In this document: in pieces, positions 17,882 to 27,472 of the stretch | Layout of the letters: every line of letters begins with the position of its first letter | How positions within the stretch are numbered: the first letter of the stretch is position 1 | Source: Candidatus Poribacteria bacterium | GTDB lineage: Bacteria > Poribacteria > WGA-4E > UBA9662 | NCBI GenBank assembly: GCA_046582655.1 | Contig: JAYGDX010000264.1 | Coordinates: 1-28,356 of the forward strand | Length of the DNA: 28,356 nucleotides | Direction of reading: 5' to 3' | Position numbers and translations under genes: made by a program | The notes under the pieces: model-generated | The model's input: only the letters and a program-made list of their open reading frames with translations | Told to the model about the DNA's origin: nothing | Database searches by the model: none

Positions 17882-18681
17882 AGATCAACCCCCATCAGAA
17901 ATCTAACGCGTGCTGGATCTGAATCATCTGTTAGCCCAAAAGCTACTCCTGCTGTATACCACCATCCACCGGAAGCAACGGATACCGTCGGTCCAAAATA
18001 ACTTCCGGATTTCGTACTTCCATCCTTATAGATGCTGATCCGAGAAGTTGATTCTAGTCCCAGAACCAGTTTTGGATCCAATTCCCACGAGATTCCTGCA
18101 TCTAACCCAACCTCTTGCTTATAATTCAAATAAGCTTCATACAACGGATTTACAGCAATATTGAGTTTGAACAACGTTTTAGCCAAGATCAATTTGGCTT
18201 CCAATTTATTTTTATTCTCAGTAGAGCTGTCAGTCTTTCTTTTGTATTCAAAATAAAGCAGTGGATCAATCGGCAAGATACCTTCTTCCGCTATTCGATA
18301 TCGGGTTCGAAACTGTACTGCGTCCCACTTTAAAGCGTCCCCTTCTTTCTGTTTAAAGATTTGATAGATTGAAAAGTCCCAACGATCAGTCAATCCGTGT
18401 TCGACCTCAATACGATATTCCCAATCATCAGCTTTATCTTTTACTTCGGTTGTCTGGTAAAATTCCAATTCGGTTGCATTCTTCGGCATTGTTACATATT
18501 GATAGGCCCAAACATAGTTACGCCGATCTGCATAAGTTGAAAGGCTGGAAACGACAGTTAATGTCATTAACAGAACTGTAAATGTTGCCAACTTCCTGAC
18601 AGACGACCAGATGTTGCTGCTGGAACTACTCCCATGATTGAAATAGTTAGACAAACTGGTTGAAATTATGCTAGAATCCAT
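17878..18681 (-). CDS. Putative outer-membrane beta-barrel protein (DUF6662-like)
   Basis: Signal peptide (LSTYA), amphipathic strands (EVEHGLTDRWDFSIY, YFGPTVSV), C-terminal RFLMGVDL. ATGA-coupled to the cytochrome gene. Confidence 0.7.
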   Translation of the reverse strand: MDSSIISTSLSNYFNHGSSSSSNIWSSVRKLATFTVLLMTLTVVSSLSTYADRRNYVWAYQYVTMPKNATELEFYQTTEVKDKADDWEYRIEVEHGLTDRWDFSIYQIFKQKEGDALKWDAVQFRTRYRIAEEGILPIDPLLYFEYKRKTDSSTENKNKLEAKLILAKTLFKLNIAVNPLYEAYLNYKQEVGLDAGISWELDPKLVLGLESTSRISIYKDGSTKSGSYFGPTVSVASGGWWYTAGVAFGLTDDSDPARVRFLMGVDL

Positions 18682-18863
18682 CTTTGCCTCGTTTATTAGT
18701 TATTGACCATTTAATGAAGGGGGTACAGAGAATAGGCTTACACAGCCTTTTTTCTGGAAACGATTAGGGGGACATGAGAGCCTCACACTCTTATTCCCTC
18801 TACTTTTTCGTTTCAAGCAAGTTATATTTCATTCCACAGGATGTCACACCATTTTGAAGATTT

Positions 18864-18878
18864 TGAGACTCAGTATCA
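18864..18878. promoter_or_regulatory. Fur-like 7-1-7 box
   Basis: TGAGACT-C-AGTATCA in the feo operon leader. Confidence 0.65.
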
Positions 18879-18925
18879 GTAATATATCGGCCAAAAAACA
18901 GCCAATTCTGCAACAAGAACTAGTT

Positions 18926-18942
18926 CTGAGACTCAGTCTCAG
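18926..18942. promoter_or_regulatory. Fur-like perfect 8-1-8 box
   Basis: CTGAGACT-C-AGTCTCAG just downstream of the predicted promoter. Confidence 0.7.
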
Positions 18943-18957
18943 TAAATGATGGTCGTA

Positions 18958-18987
18958 AGTTTACTTTAAGATATAATCATTTGTCAA
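18958..18987 (-). promoter_or_regulatory. Sigma-70 promoter of iron-uptake operon
   Basis: TTGACA-N18-TAAACT on the minus strand. Confidence 0.55.
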
Positions 18988-19071
18988 ATCTTTCTTCAAA
19001 AAAATCCACTTGATACTGCAATAAATCGCTAGTTAAGATTCAGCTTAAAATTATGGAGATTGATAATAGCT

Positions 19072-19749
19072 ATGAAAAAAGAAATGGATAATATAAGGGA
19101 TCCTGATTCCACTGGAGAAGACCTCAGGCAAATATCCAAGTCTCGCAATCTAGTTGAACAATCTCAAAACGAATCGTTTCGTTCAAAGGAATCCTTGTTT
19201 ATTGGACGCATCTCTCCGGTGACGGAAAGGGAATCGAGTCAAAGACTGGAGCCACCACAACTGAAGATCAACGTTCGTGAGTGTCAGGATCGCGATCAGG
19301 ATTGTATTGATCAACTTCGGCAAGAGCATTTACTGGCCAGTGCGCCCAAGTCTCGTTTAACGGATTTGTCTAGAGATGAGATAGTAGCGCGAATGGAGAA
19401 TTGGTACAGCGAAAAAATTCAATTACTACAGGATGTTCCCGTTTGTCGAACATACATTGCAACGGATGAGAATGATCAACCACTTGGCTACGCAATTGTA
19501 GTGGCAGAGGCCAAAGATGATTTTCGATCGGAAAGGCAAGGATTTTTATGTGATTTGGCAGTTGGTGAACAATATTGGGGAAAGGGAGTTGCGCAAGCCT
19601 TGATCAAAGCTTGTGAAGATTATATCAAGCGAATGGGGCATCAGTTCATGATGCTGAACGTTAGTGCTTTTAATGATCGTGCTATTGAATTCTATGAGAA
19701 GTTGGGTTATGTTGAGGAGTGGCGTATGATGGGAAAGCGTTTAGACTAG
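19072..19749 (+). CDS. GNAT family N-acetyltransferase
   Basis: LCDLAVGEQYWGKGVAQALI, LNVSAFNDRAIEFYEKLGY. Start uncertain (TTG 19060, ATG 19072 or ATG 19084). Confidence 0.88.
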   Translation: MKKEMDNIRDPDSTGEDLRQISKSRNLVEQSQNESFRSKESLFIGRISPVTERESSQRLEPPQLKINVRECQDRDQDCIDQLRQEHLLASAPKSRLTDLSRDEIVARMENWYSEKIQLLQDVPVCRTYIATDENDQPLGYAIVVAEAKDDFRSERQGFLCDLAVGEQYWGKGVAQALIKACEDYIKRMGHQFMMLNVSAFNDRAIEFYEKLGYVEEWRMMGKRLD

Positions 19750-19831
19750 AATCTTGCTTTCTCTTGTGAGGACCTGACAAATGATTTCGGTTTCCTAGCT
19801 AAATTAAAGTGATGAAAGATTAAGAGATAAG

Positions 19832-20650
19832 ATGATGAAGAAACTCGGATGCAGCACAATTTTGTACGGTGGAGTTAGCTTGGGTGAAGCACTGCAGGGA
19901 ATTTCAGGAACAGGTTACCAGTCAATTGAACTTTGTGCTCGACCTGGTATGGCACCGCACGTCGAAATAGATAGATCCGCTTCCTCCTACTACACCGAAA
20001 TCAAGCAAAAAGTTACGGACTACGGTTTGGTAATTGAATCGCTTGCTGGTACTGGCGGCATAGAATTCGGAAGCGACAATTTTGATCGGGTAATTGAAGT
20101 TGCCGACCTCTTGGGCGCCCCAGCAATTGCCGTTGGGGCAGGCGGAAAATCAGATGACCAGGAAAGCTGGGGACAATTTATCAATTCTATCAATCGAATC
20201 TCATTGCGTACTTCACAAGCGGACATTAAATTGACAATTAAACCTCACGTTGGTAACGCGGTCTATTCGTCCTCAACTATTATTCAATTTATGCAGGAAG
20301 TTGACCGAGATTGGGTGGGAATCAATTATGACGCCAGTCATATCTACCGATCTGGTGAAGATCAGGATCCGGTTGAAGTGCTTGACATGGTAAAAGAATA
20401 CGTCGCAACGTTGCGTATACGCGATAATCAAGACAGCCGCCAAAAACCGATTGGACCGGTCGAAACGCAGATACCCGGCAAGGGTGTGCTGGATCTTCCA
20501 GCAATTGCCGCAATAGTGAAAACCATTGATCAAGTTGATGACGTTATAGTTGAAATTGTTGGTACACACGCTGGCACGGATGCACCACTAGATCAAGTCC
20601 AGAAAATTGTTGATGAATGTTATGATTACTTGAAACCACTTTTTGATTGA
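19832..20650 (+). CDS. Sugar phosphate isomerase/epimerase family TIM barrel
   Basis: GYQSIEL, IKPHVG, GINYDASH, IRD, IPGKGVLD, IVEI. Confidence 0.85.
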   Translation: MMKKLGCSTILYGGVSLGEALQGISGTGYQSIELCARPGMAPHVEIDRSASSYYTEIKQKVTDYGLVIESLAGTGGIEFGSDNFDRVIEVADLLGAPAIAVGAGGKSDDQESWGQFINSINRISLRTSQADIKLTIKPHVGNAVYSSSTIIQFMQEVDRDWVGINYDASHIYRSGEDQDPVEVLDMVKEYVATLRIRDNQDSRQKPIGPVETQIPGKGVLDLPAIAAIVKTIDQVDDVIVEIVGTHAGTDAPLDQVQKIVDECYDYLKPLFD

Positions 20651-20698
20651 CCACTTGTCGGATCTAGGTTTACTGGACCGTATTAAGGTGAGAAAAAC

Positions 20699-22024
20699 AT
20701 GATCAGGCTAAGAAGTATTCCAATTATCTTTGCTACCTTGCTCTTCATCTTTTGGGGAGTGGCAATGAGCATTCTATTCAATTGGGCTCTCAATTCAACG
20801 GAACTGGAAGGAAATGGTTCAAATCTGGTCGTTGCTGAAAACACGGTTGCAGTTCCACTGGAAACTACCGAAAAAATTGATGAGAGAGATCGGGAATTCT
20901 TTCACCACCAGGTAGATGGCTTACGAATCTATCGAGACTGGTTATATGACAAGCATTCCGTCGTCTACGTGGTTGAAATGGATCGACAGACGGAAAACCT
21001 TGGTTTTAGCGTTGAATTGGCTAATGAACAGGTAATTGGTAGTGAGTCAATCAGCGATATGACACGTCGGCTTAAAGAACGTAAAATAGAGGTGCTGGCG
21101 GGTATAAATGGAAGTTTTGGTATCCGTGAGGATGGGATGGGACGTGGAGGGGCACTTTTTAACTTGCATATCCAGGATATGGAACTTGTCAGCGTGCCGG
21201 TAAGAAGCGATTGGTGGGGATTTTGTCCAACAACCGATTGGGGAGAAGCGAGTTTTGGTACAACAGCGGATGGTAATTTCCTGATTTCCGCCGTGAATTT
21301 GAACGGAATGGTTTCGATCAATGGAGAAGAAATCAGAATTTATGGCGTCAACCAGATACGAAATTACGATTGCGGCGTCGTACTGTTTACACCGAAATTT
21401 GGTGAGCGATCGTTGACACGAGGTGGATTGGAGGTCGTGCTCGCCAGAGTAAAGTTACCGATCACCGGAGATTATACAAGTGAATTTACAATTAATAAAA
21501 TCAACGAAAATGGAAATAGTCGAATACCTCCTGGCGGTCTGGTACTATCGCTGAACTACTACGTGGCTGAGAAATTTAGGTCTATATTGTCCGAAGGAGA
21601 TGTCGGCGTACTAGAAATCAGGCTTTTACCCAAGAAATGGCGGCAGGCGATCAACGCTATCGGAGGTAACATTCGGTTATTGCGAAACGGTGAGATAGAA
21701 TCGGAATTGATCGAATTTCAGGAATCTTACAGCAGCTCTGCCCCTGAACAGCGACGTGGTATTCGAGGTGATCCACGTAGCGCACTGGGGTTTAATGATA
21801 AGAAACTTTTTCTGGTTACCGTCGATGGCAGACATAATGGATATAGTATTGGGATGGGATTTTACGATTTGGCAGAGACCTTACGTGATCTTGGTGCTAC
21901 TGAAGCCATTAACTTCGACGGTGGTAGTTCGGCAACACTGTGGGGACTTGGAAAAATCCTGAATCAACCTTCCAGCGGTTACGAACGACGTGTCTTCAAT
22001 ACAGCTTATATCTATGAAAATTGA
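20699..22024 (+). CDS. Phosphodiester glycosidase (NAGPA-like) family exported protein
   Basis: N-terminal TM. AGINGSF, PRSALG, LVTVDGR, AINFDGGSSAT, NQPS..ERRV motifs. Confidence 0.88.
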   Translation: MIRLRSIPIIFATLLFIFWGVAMSILFNWALNSTELEGNGSNLVVAENTVAVPLETTEKIDERDREFFHHQVDGLRIYRDWLYDKHSVVYVVEMDRQTENLGFSVELANEQVIGSESISDMTRRLKERKIEVLAGINGSFGIREDGMGRGGALFNLHIQDMELVSVPVRSDWWGFCPTTDWGEASFGTTADGNFLISAVNLNGMVSINGEEIRIYGVNQIRNYDCGVVLFTPKFGERSLTRGGLEVVLARVKLPITGDYTSEFTINKINENGNSRIPPGGLVLSLNYYVAEKFRSILSEGDVGVLEIRLLPKKWRQAINAIGGNIRLLRNGEIESELIEFQESYSSSAPEQRRGIRGDPRSALGFNDKKLFLVTVDGRHNGYSIGMGFYDLAETLRDLGATEAINFDGGSSATLWGLGKILNQPSSGYERRVFNTAYIYEN

Positions 22025-22058
22025 TCAGAACGACCTTTAAGAATCGCAATCGCCTTTA

Positions 22059-22514
22059 TCAGCGTATATCAAAAACGTAGCTGCGCTCAAACAGGTCATC
22101 AAGGAACACTTCAACAAACCATTCACCTTCTGTGAAACCTGATAAGGGTCGGTTAATATAGAACCAGGTAATTTGATCTCCGTTCGGTGAATTGAACTCT
22201 CGGACTTCTTCTCGGTAAGGGAGGGCATCGCTGTCCTCATCGGGTGAAAACCATCGTATCTTCATTTTATGTCTTCCTTTTACGTTAGCCCAATAAAGCC
22301 AGAGGTAGATTTGCTCACTGCTATCATAAAAAAAATTGGTGATACCATCCGGACGATCTTCATTGATAGTGATAGCCAGCGCAGCGTCGATAACAATGGG
22401 TTCACCACGTGCTGGATTGACCATTATGCCACCACCTGATCCTTGTTCACTGCAACCGCCAAGAGCATATCCTGCCAGTAGTAAAATCAGTATCCGATAC
22501 ATCTTCTGAGTCAT
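22059..22514 (-). CDS. Hypothetical lipoprotein with Ig-like beta-sandwich
   Basis: RBS GAGG before ATG 22514. Lipobox ALGGC. RWFSPD...GEWFVEVFLD. Confidence 0.75.
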   Translation of the reverse strand: MTQKMYRILILLLAGYALGGCSEQGSGGGIMVNPARGEPIVIDAALAITINEDRPDGITNFFYDSSEQIYLWLYWANVKGRHKMKIRWFSPDEDSDALPYREEVREFNSPNGDQITWFYINRPLSGFTEGEWFVEVFLDDLFERSYVFDIR

Positions 22515-22568
22515 TTTTTCCTCACTTCTGCGATAAAGTAGAATTGACATTTCCAAATCAGCGACATA

Positions 22569-22577
22569 TGTTATAAT
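22569..22577 (+). promoter_or_regulatory. Extended -10 promoter element
   Basis: TGtTATAAT 21 bp before ATG 22599. Confidence 0.45.
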
Positions 22578-22598
22578 CAGACCAGTTGGAGTTGGGAA

Positions 22599-25500
22599 AT
22601 GTTACACAGAGAAAACCTTGACGGGCTAAAATCGCAAATTCTAGATACTCGCCGTCTATGGAAGCGAACAATCTTCTGGACCGGTTTGGCTATCGTTACC
22701 GTATTTTTCATCGGCCTCTTGTTCGGTGGAGCGCTAATCGATCTGTTCCTGCCGCTCCCAAGCATCATTCGGATTCTACTTCTTGTCGGACTCATCAGTT
22801 CTGTTGGCTTTCTTTGCTTTAAGCATATCATCAAACGGCATTTCGCTCCCATGACTCTACGTGATATCGCCCTGAAAGTGGAAGAACGTCATCCGGAGCT
22901 TGAGGATCGACTCGTCAGCGCAATTCAGTTCGGTGACCGGCCAACAGATGACCCAATGCAAGCTCACATGATTAATCGCCTTGTCACGGATGCCGTTGAG
23001 GAATCAAAATCGATTGACTTCAAAGCCACGGTCGACAAAAGGCAAAAAAACAAACGCGTAGCTGCCGCTTTTCTTGCTTTTTTGATCTGTGGGTTAACGG
23101 TAATAACGTTTCCAAACCAAACAGAAACGGCGCTCCGGCGTATTTTTACGCCGTGGAAAAAGACTGATCCAATCCTAACGACAAAGCTGGCAGTGAAACC
23201 GGGAAAAGCGAGAATCCTCCGTGGTCAAAGCCTGCCAATTGAAGTCGAAATAACCGGAAAAAAAGCGGATCAAGCAACAATCATCTATACAAGGCTGGAT
23301 CCCAACCAAACTGATGTGTTAATCGAAAAAAAGATTAAAATGGTCCCTTTTGAAACCCAGGAAAATTATTTTGGATATGAGATTTTTAACGTAGATCACG
23401 AGATGAAATATTACATCGTCGTGAACGAAACGGAGTCCGAACATTTTACAGTCAAGGTTTTCGACGTACCAAAAGTTGAAGATATTGAGATTAGCTATAG
23501 TTTTCCGGCTTACACCAAAATGAAACCGGTGATTCAGAGAGGTAATGGAGATATTCGCGCGATCGTTGGAACAGAAGCAACTGTTCGGATTACGCCCAAT
23601 AAACCGATTCAAACTGCTACCATTCAGATTGGAGGCAACGAGCAAAAATCAATGCAGATTGACGAACTGATTACATACCAAGCTGAAATCCTCGAAAACA
23701 CGAAATACACAGTTGACCTATTTTGCATTGATGGGTTCAAGAACCAAATACCAATTGAGTATGAGATCATTGCCATCCCCGATAAAAAACCAGAAGTTGC
23801 TATTAAAAATCCGGGCCGTGATATCAAAGCTACCAAACTGGAAGAGGTCAGTGTAACTGCTGAGGCTACAGATGATTTTGGATTGGCAGAGTTAGATCTG
23901 ACATACTCAGTTGGGTCGAGTGCGAACCGGCAGTTGCCAATTGAAACTTCACTGACTGAAACTGATAAAAATATTTCTAGATCTTACACCTTTTATCTGG
24001 AGGAAATAGATATTGAACCTGGTGACGTCATCTCATATTTCGCCGAAGCCACGGATAATAATACCCGTACCGGTCCCGGTAAAGCAACGTCACAAATCTA
24101 CTTTATTGAGGTTAAACCGTTCAACGAACGATACGAAGAGATGGATTCCCAGGGAGAGTCCCAGGATGAAAACTCACCGGCGGTAAAATTGATGGCCAAG
24201 TTAGCGGGAGATCAAAAGCAGATTATTCGAGAAACATGGAAGCATATCAACTCCCAAACGGATAAAATCGAGTATACCTCTGAAGTAAAAAAGACAGCTA
24301 AGAAACAGGAGAAATTAAAGGATCAGGTGCAGCGGGTTGTCGACGAAATTGGTGCTTTTATGCAGGAAGGTTCGGTTGATCCGGAGATTCTCATGTTACT
24401 TGAACAGGCAATTGATAAAATGGGAGAAGCTGTTGGCAACTTGGGCCGGATTGAACCGAAACCCGCGCTACCCGCCGAACAGGATGCGCTTGAGTTGGTG
24501 GTGAAAGCGATTATGAAACTCCAGAAGGTCTTAACCCAAATGCAATCCAGCGAAAATCAGCAGATAGCTGAAGATCTCGAAGTAGAATTGGAGGATCTCG
24601 ACAATCAGTTTGCTGAAGATCAGCAGCAGCTTGAGCAAGAAATGCGAGAGCAGACACGGGAACTTCTTGAGGAGGCACGCGAAGTACTTGAACAGCAACA
24701 AAATTTAAACCAGCAGGGTCAGCAAATGGGACGTGAAAACCAGCCTTCTCGACGACAGATGCAACAAAATAGCCAACAGCAGCAGCAACTAGCGCAGCAA
24801 ACACACCAGATGGCACAACAAACACAGAAAATGGCCAACCAACAATCAGGAGGACCACAGTCAAACCGAAGCCAGAAACGTTTGGAACAAGCGGCTCAAT
24901 CTATGCGGGGGGCCTCACAATCACAGCGGAAATCTGCCGATAGTCTCGAACGGCAAAAACCACAGGCAAGTACGGCAAAGGGTACACAAGCAATAGAACA
25001 ACTGGAAGAGGCTATTGATCAGCTTGAGAAGGTGGCTGCGCAATTCACTGATCAAGCGTTAGCCGATGCCACAGAGAAAGTTAGCCAGATGATCAATCAG
25101 CAATCACAGGTTAGATCCCAAACAACGGAAGTTAAAGAGGATATGGAACAAAATGGTTCCACCTCCGAGAATCGACAGCAAGTCACTGATCTTTCGAGAC
25201 AACAGCGCAGCCTTCAACAGGATCTGCAAGGTTTGCAACAGAATTTGACAGATTTGCAGGAAGAACTCAATCGACAGGGCAACTCACAGGCTGAGCGTAA
25301 CGTTGCCAGCGCCAATCGACGATTGATCGAAGATCAAACAGAACAAGATATGACAGACGCAGAACGTGCATTACGCTGGAGGAATCTTGAGTACGCCGAA
25401 CGAAATCAGCAGGAAGTCTTGGAGTCTTTGGAACAAACACGAGACCAGTTGCTTCAGGCTCAGTTAAGCATGGCACAGACGGAAGAAGAACGGCTTGAAG

Positions 25501-25925
25501 CAACGCTTGAGCAACTCGAACGGTGGGAAAATCGGGTAGAAGATACACGGCGGGAATTGGAAGCGATGGATCAACAACCAGCCCAAGCCCAGCAAAAACG
25601 TCAGGAGCAACTGTCGGAACAACAAAAGCAAATACGAGAAAATGTCAAACAGAAATCCGTCGCGAGTAAAACAGCAACGGATGGCGAATATGAAGAACTC
25701 TGGTTGGGTCTGCTGAAGAGTTTAACACCGAGTCGTGGAGGTAGGAACGTAGCGTTCCCGGATTTCGATCTCGCTTTGACAGACATAAACAAGCTTAAAC
25801 AGGCGTTGGAAAACCGATTGCTAGAGATCCAACAGGCCAAGAAACTGGCAAGAGTGGCCAAAGAGGATGTCCCACCGGAGTATCGATCAGTAGTTAATCA
25901 ATACTATGAGAGTTTAGCACAGTAA
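22599..25925 (+). CDS. Large membrane-anchored protein, DUF4175-like, with Ig-like domains and Gln-rich coiled coil
   Basis: Three N-terminal TMs, PELEDRLVSAIQF, ATDDFGL, PGDVISYFAEATD, Q-rich helices, C-terminal VPPEYRSVVNQYYESL. Confidence 0.85.
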   Translation: MLHRENLDGLKSQILDTRRLWKRTIFWTGLAIVTVFFIGLLFGGALIDLFLPLPSIIRILLLVGLISSVGFLCFKHIIKRHFAPMTLRDIALKVEERHPELEDRLVSAIQFGDRPTDDPMQAHMINRLVTDAVEESKSIDFKATVDKRQKNKRVAAAFLAFLICGLTVITFPNQTETALRRIFTPWKKTDPILTTKLAVKPGKARILRGQSLPIEVEITGKKADQATIIYTRLDPNQTDVLIEKKIKMVPFETQENYFGYEIFNVDHEMKYYIVVNETESEHFTVKVFDVPKVEDIEISYSFPAYTKMKPVIQRGNGDIRAIVGTEATVRITPNKPIQTATIQIGGNEQKSMQIDELITYQAEILENTKYTVDLFCIDGFKNQIPIEYEIIAIPDKKPEVAIKNPGRDIKATKLEEVSVTAEATDDFGLAELDLTYSVGSSANRQLPIETSLTETDKNISRSYTFYLEEIDIEPGDVISYFAEATDNNTRTGPGKATSQIYFIEVKPFNERYEEMDSQGESQDENSPAVKLMAKLAGDQKQIIRETWKHINSQTDKIEYTSEVKKTAKKQEKLKDQVQRVVDEIGAFMQEGSVDPEILMLLEQAIDKMGEAVGNLGRIEPKPALPAEQDALELVVKAIMKLQKVLTQMQSSENQQIAEDLEVELEDLDNQFAEDQQQLEQEMREQTRELLEEAREVLEQQQNLNQQGQQMGRENQPSRRQMQQNSQQQQQLAQQTHQMAQQTQKMANQQSGGPQSNRSQKRLEQAAQSMRGASQSQRKSADSLERQKPQASTAKGTQAIEQLEEAIDQLEKVAAQFTDQALADATEKVSQMINQQSQVRSQTTEVKEDMEQNGSTSENRQQVTDLSRQQRSLQQDLQGLQQNLTDLQEELNRQGNSQAERNVASANRRLIEDQTEQDMTDAERALRWRNLEYAERNQQEVLESLEQTRDQLLQAQLSMAQTEEERLEATLEQLERWENRVEDTRRELEAMDQQPAQAQQKRQEQLSEQQKQIRENVKQKSVASKTATDGEYEELWLGLLKSLTPSRGGRNVAFPDFDLALTDINKLKQALENRLLEIQQAKKLARVAKEDVPPEYRSVVNQYYESLAQ

Positions 25926-25928
25926 CAA

Positions 25929-26525
25929 TCACTCCGTACTACCATCTACAAACCAGTATGAAAAGTCAACCAGCTTGAGTCTGATTAACGCTGTCATCTC
26001 CCGAAACTGGTTGTCATGGAGGCTATCGAGTTCAATCCCACGCACGTATCGATAACTAACCCCAACGCCCATTTGGAGATTGAGAACGGGTATAAATTCA
26101 AACTCAACTCCAGGTTCAAAAACTAGAAACTTACTCTCGTCTCCTACAATATACCTTATCTTTCCTTGTCCAATGAGTGCATTAATGGACAAATAGCCGG
26201 AACCCAAACTTTTCCTGGCAATATACCTAGCTGTTATACCTCTGTAACTGAAATTAAGATTTTGGGGTTTATCATCAACTCTTGCCATTTCAATGTTACT
26301 GATAAGTCGATAGTTAGCAAGCCCAAGTGCTAAGTTTCTGTCAATTTCCCATCCACCGCTAATGCCAAACATAAAACCTGACTCATATTTTATGCGTGTC
26401 ATCTTCAAGGCTGAACCGATGAAAATTCGATTGGTTGCTTCAATCATAGGCTTTATCTCGAGCATGTCTGCCGATGATGGCAACACGATAACCAAGAAAA
26501 GAAAACAGAATATGAGCTTTTTCAT
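25929..26525 (-). CDS. Putative small outer-membrane beta-barrel protein
   Basis: Signal peptide (PSSA). Amphipathic strands FLVFEPGVEFEF and MGVGVSYRYV. Confidence 0.7.
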   Translation of the reverse strand: MKKLIFCFLFLVIVLPSSADMLEIKPMIEATNRIFIGSALKMTRIKYESGFMFGISGGWEIDRNLALGLANYRLISNIEMARVDDKPQNLNFSYRGITARYIARKSLGSGYLSINALIGQGKIRYIVGDESKFLVFEPGVEFEFIPVLNLQMGVGVSYRYVRGIELDSLHDNQFREMTALIRLKLVDFSYWFVDGSTE

Positions 26526-26535
26526 TTTCTACACC

Positions 26536-26955
26536 TTATTTTAATCGACCTTCCTCCGCTTCTATGATGTCGAACCAAGATGAAATTTCCGGCCTATCTG
26601 GGACATGCTTCTGGCGGAGCCGTTCAAAATAAACTCGACTTTCATCGTCGTTTGGTCCGGATTCTGAAATTTGATCATTAAACTTCTCAATTTCTTCGGT
26701 GTTTCGTTCAACCTGAATGGTTTTGAGTGACTCGACCACACCCTCATCACTCTCAGACTTCTCCGCCAGTTTTAATAATTGGCCTGCTGAGATACCAAGA
26801 AAGTCAAATAACCGTTTATCCAGCGGGCAGTCGTACATGTATTCACCAAGAAGACTTTGAAGTGTCGCATGGGCTTTGTCAATTGTGCGACCGAGCATCA
26901 TGTAACCGCCAACCTTTTCATAGGGACTTCGCGGGAAATTCTTTGTTAGGTTCAT
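26536..26955 (-). CDS. DUF5069-like protein
   Basis: PRSPYEKVGGY..LGRTIDKA..LGEY.YDCPLD..LF.FLG..WFD...EEGR. Confidence 0.8.
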   Translation of the reverse strand: MNLTKNFPRSPYEKVGGYMMLGRTIDKAHATLQSLLGEYMYDCPLDKRLFDFLGISAGQLLKLAEKSESDEGVVESLKTIQVERNTEEIEKFNDQISESGPNDDESRVYFERLRQKHVPDRPEISSWFDIIEAEEGRLK

Positions 26956-27019
26956 CTAAACAATTTCTCACTTTTTAAAATCAGGTAAGCTTAAAATCGA
27001 CGTGTTATCATAGCACATG

Positions 27020-27400
27020 TTAATCTAAAATGAACTGCAATAGATATTGATATAGCGCTTTCAGACCTGCGCTACGTTGTTCCTGTGTCCAAGTTTTGAA
27101 TGGGGTTCTACTGCCGCAGCACCTTTATAATCTGTTTCATACAGCAAGGTGAAGGAAGGCCCCCACTGAATCTGCCTGAAGCCAGGATTCGGACGTGATA
27201 CATCTGATCCCATATAATCACGGCGTGGGCAAAAACGCAATCGATTATACAGCATCATATGAAATAGAGCAAGACTTTATAACCGATTGGGTTGCAAACC
27301 TGAATGTTCCAGTCTCGAACTGCCAGTTGGGGGGCATTTTTCATGGACTTGAATTGGAGCACTTTTGGATTTGGAGATAGCAAGTCAGGGATTGCTTCTT
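27020..27400 (-). pseudogene. Degraded C-terminal fragment of a sugar phosphate isomerase/epimerase TIM barrel
   Basis: Fragments EAIPDL, VFAHA and PGFRQIQWGPSFTLLYETDYKGAAAVEPHS, then a frameshift to WTQEQRSAGLKALYQYLLQFILD*. Boundaries approximate. Confidence 0.5.
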
Positions 27401-27472
27401 CAGTCAATCCAACTAATCTCGACCGATCAACTCTAGCTCAGTCACAATGGCTTTGATCTTTCTGTTTGTTGA

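Noticed and set aside
22544..22577. TTGACA...TATAAT consensus promoter and a CGACA half-site
   Set aside because: The -35/-10 spacing is 22 bp and there is no second half-site. Only the extended -10 was kept.
24600..25650. CAG/CAA-rich repetitive sequence
   Set aside because: It is explained by the Gln-rich coiled-coil coding sequence and is not a repeat array or CRISPR.
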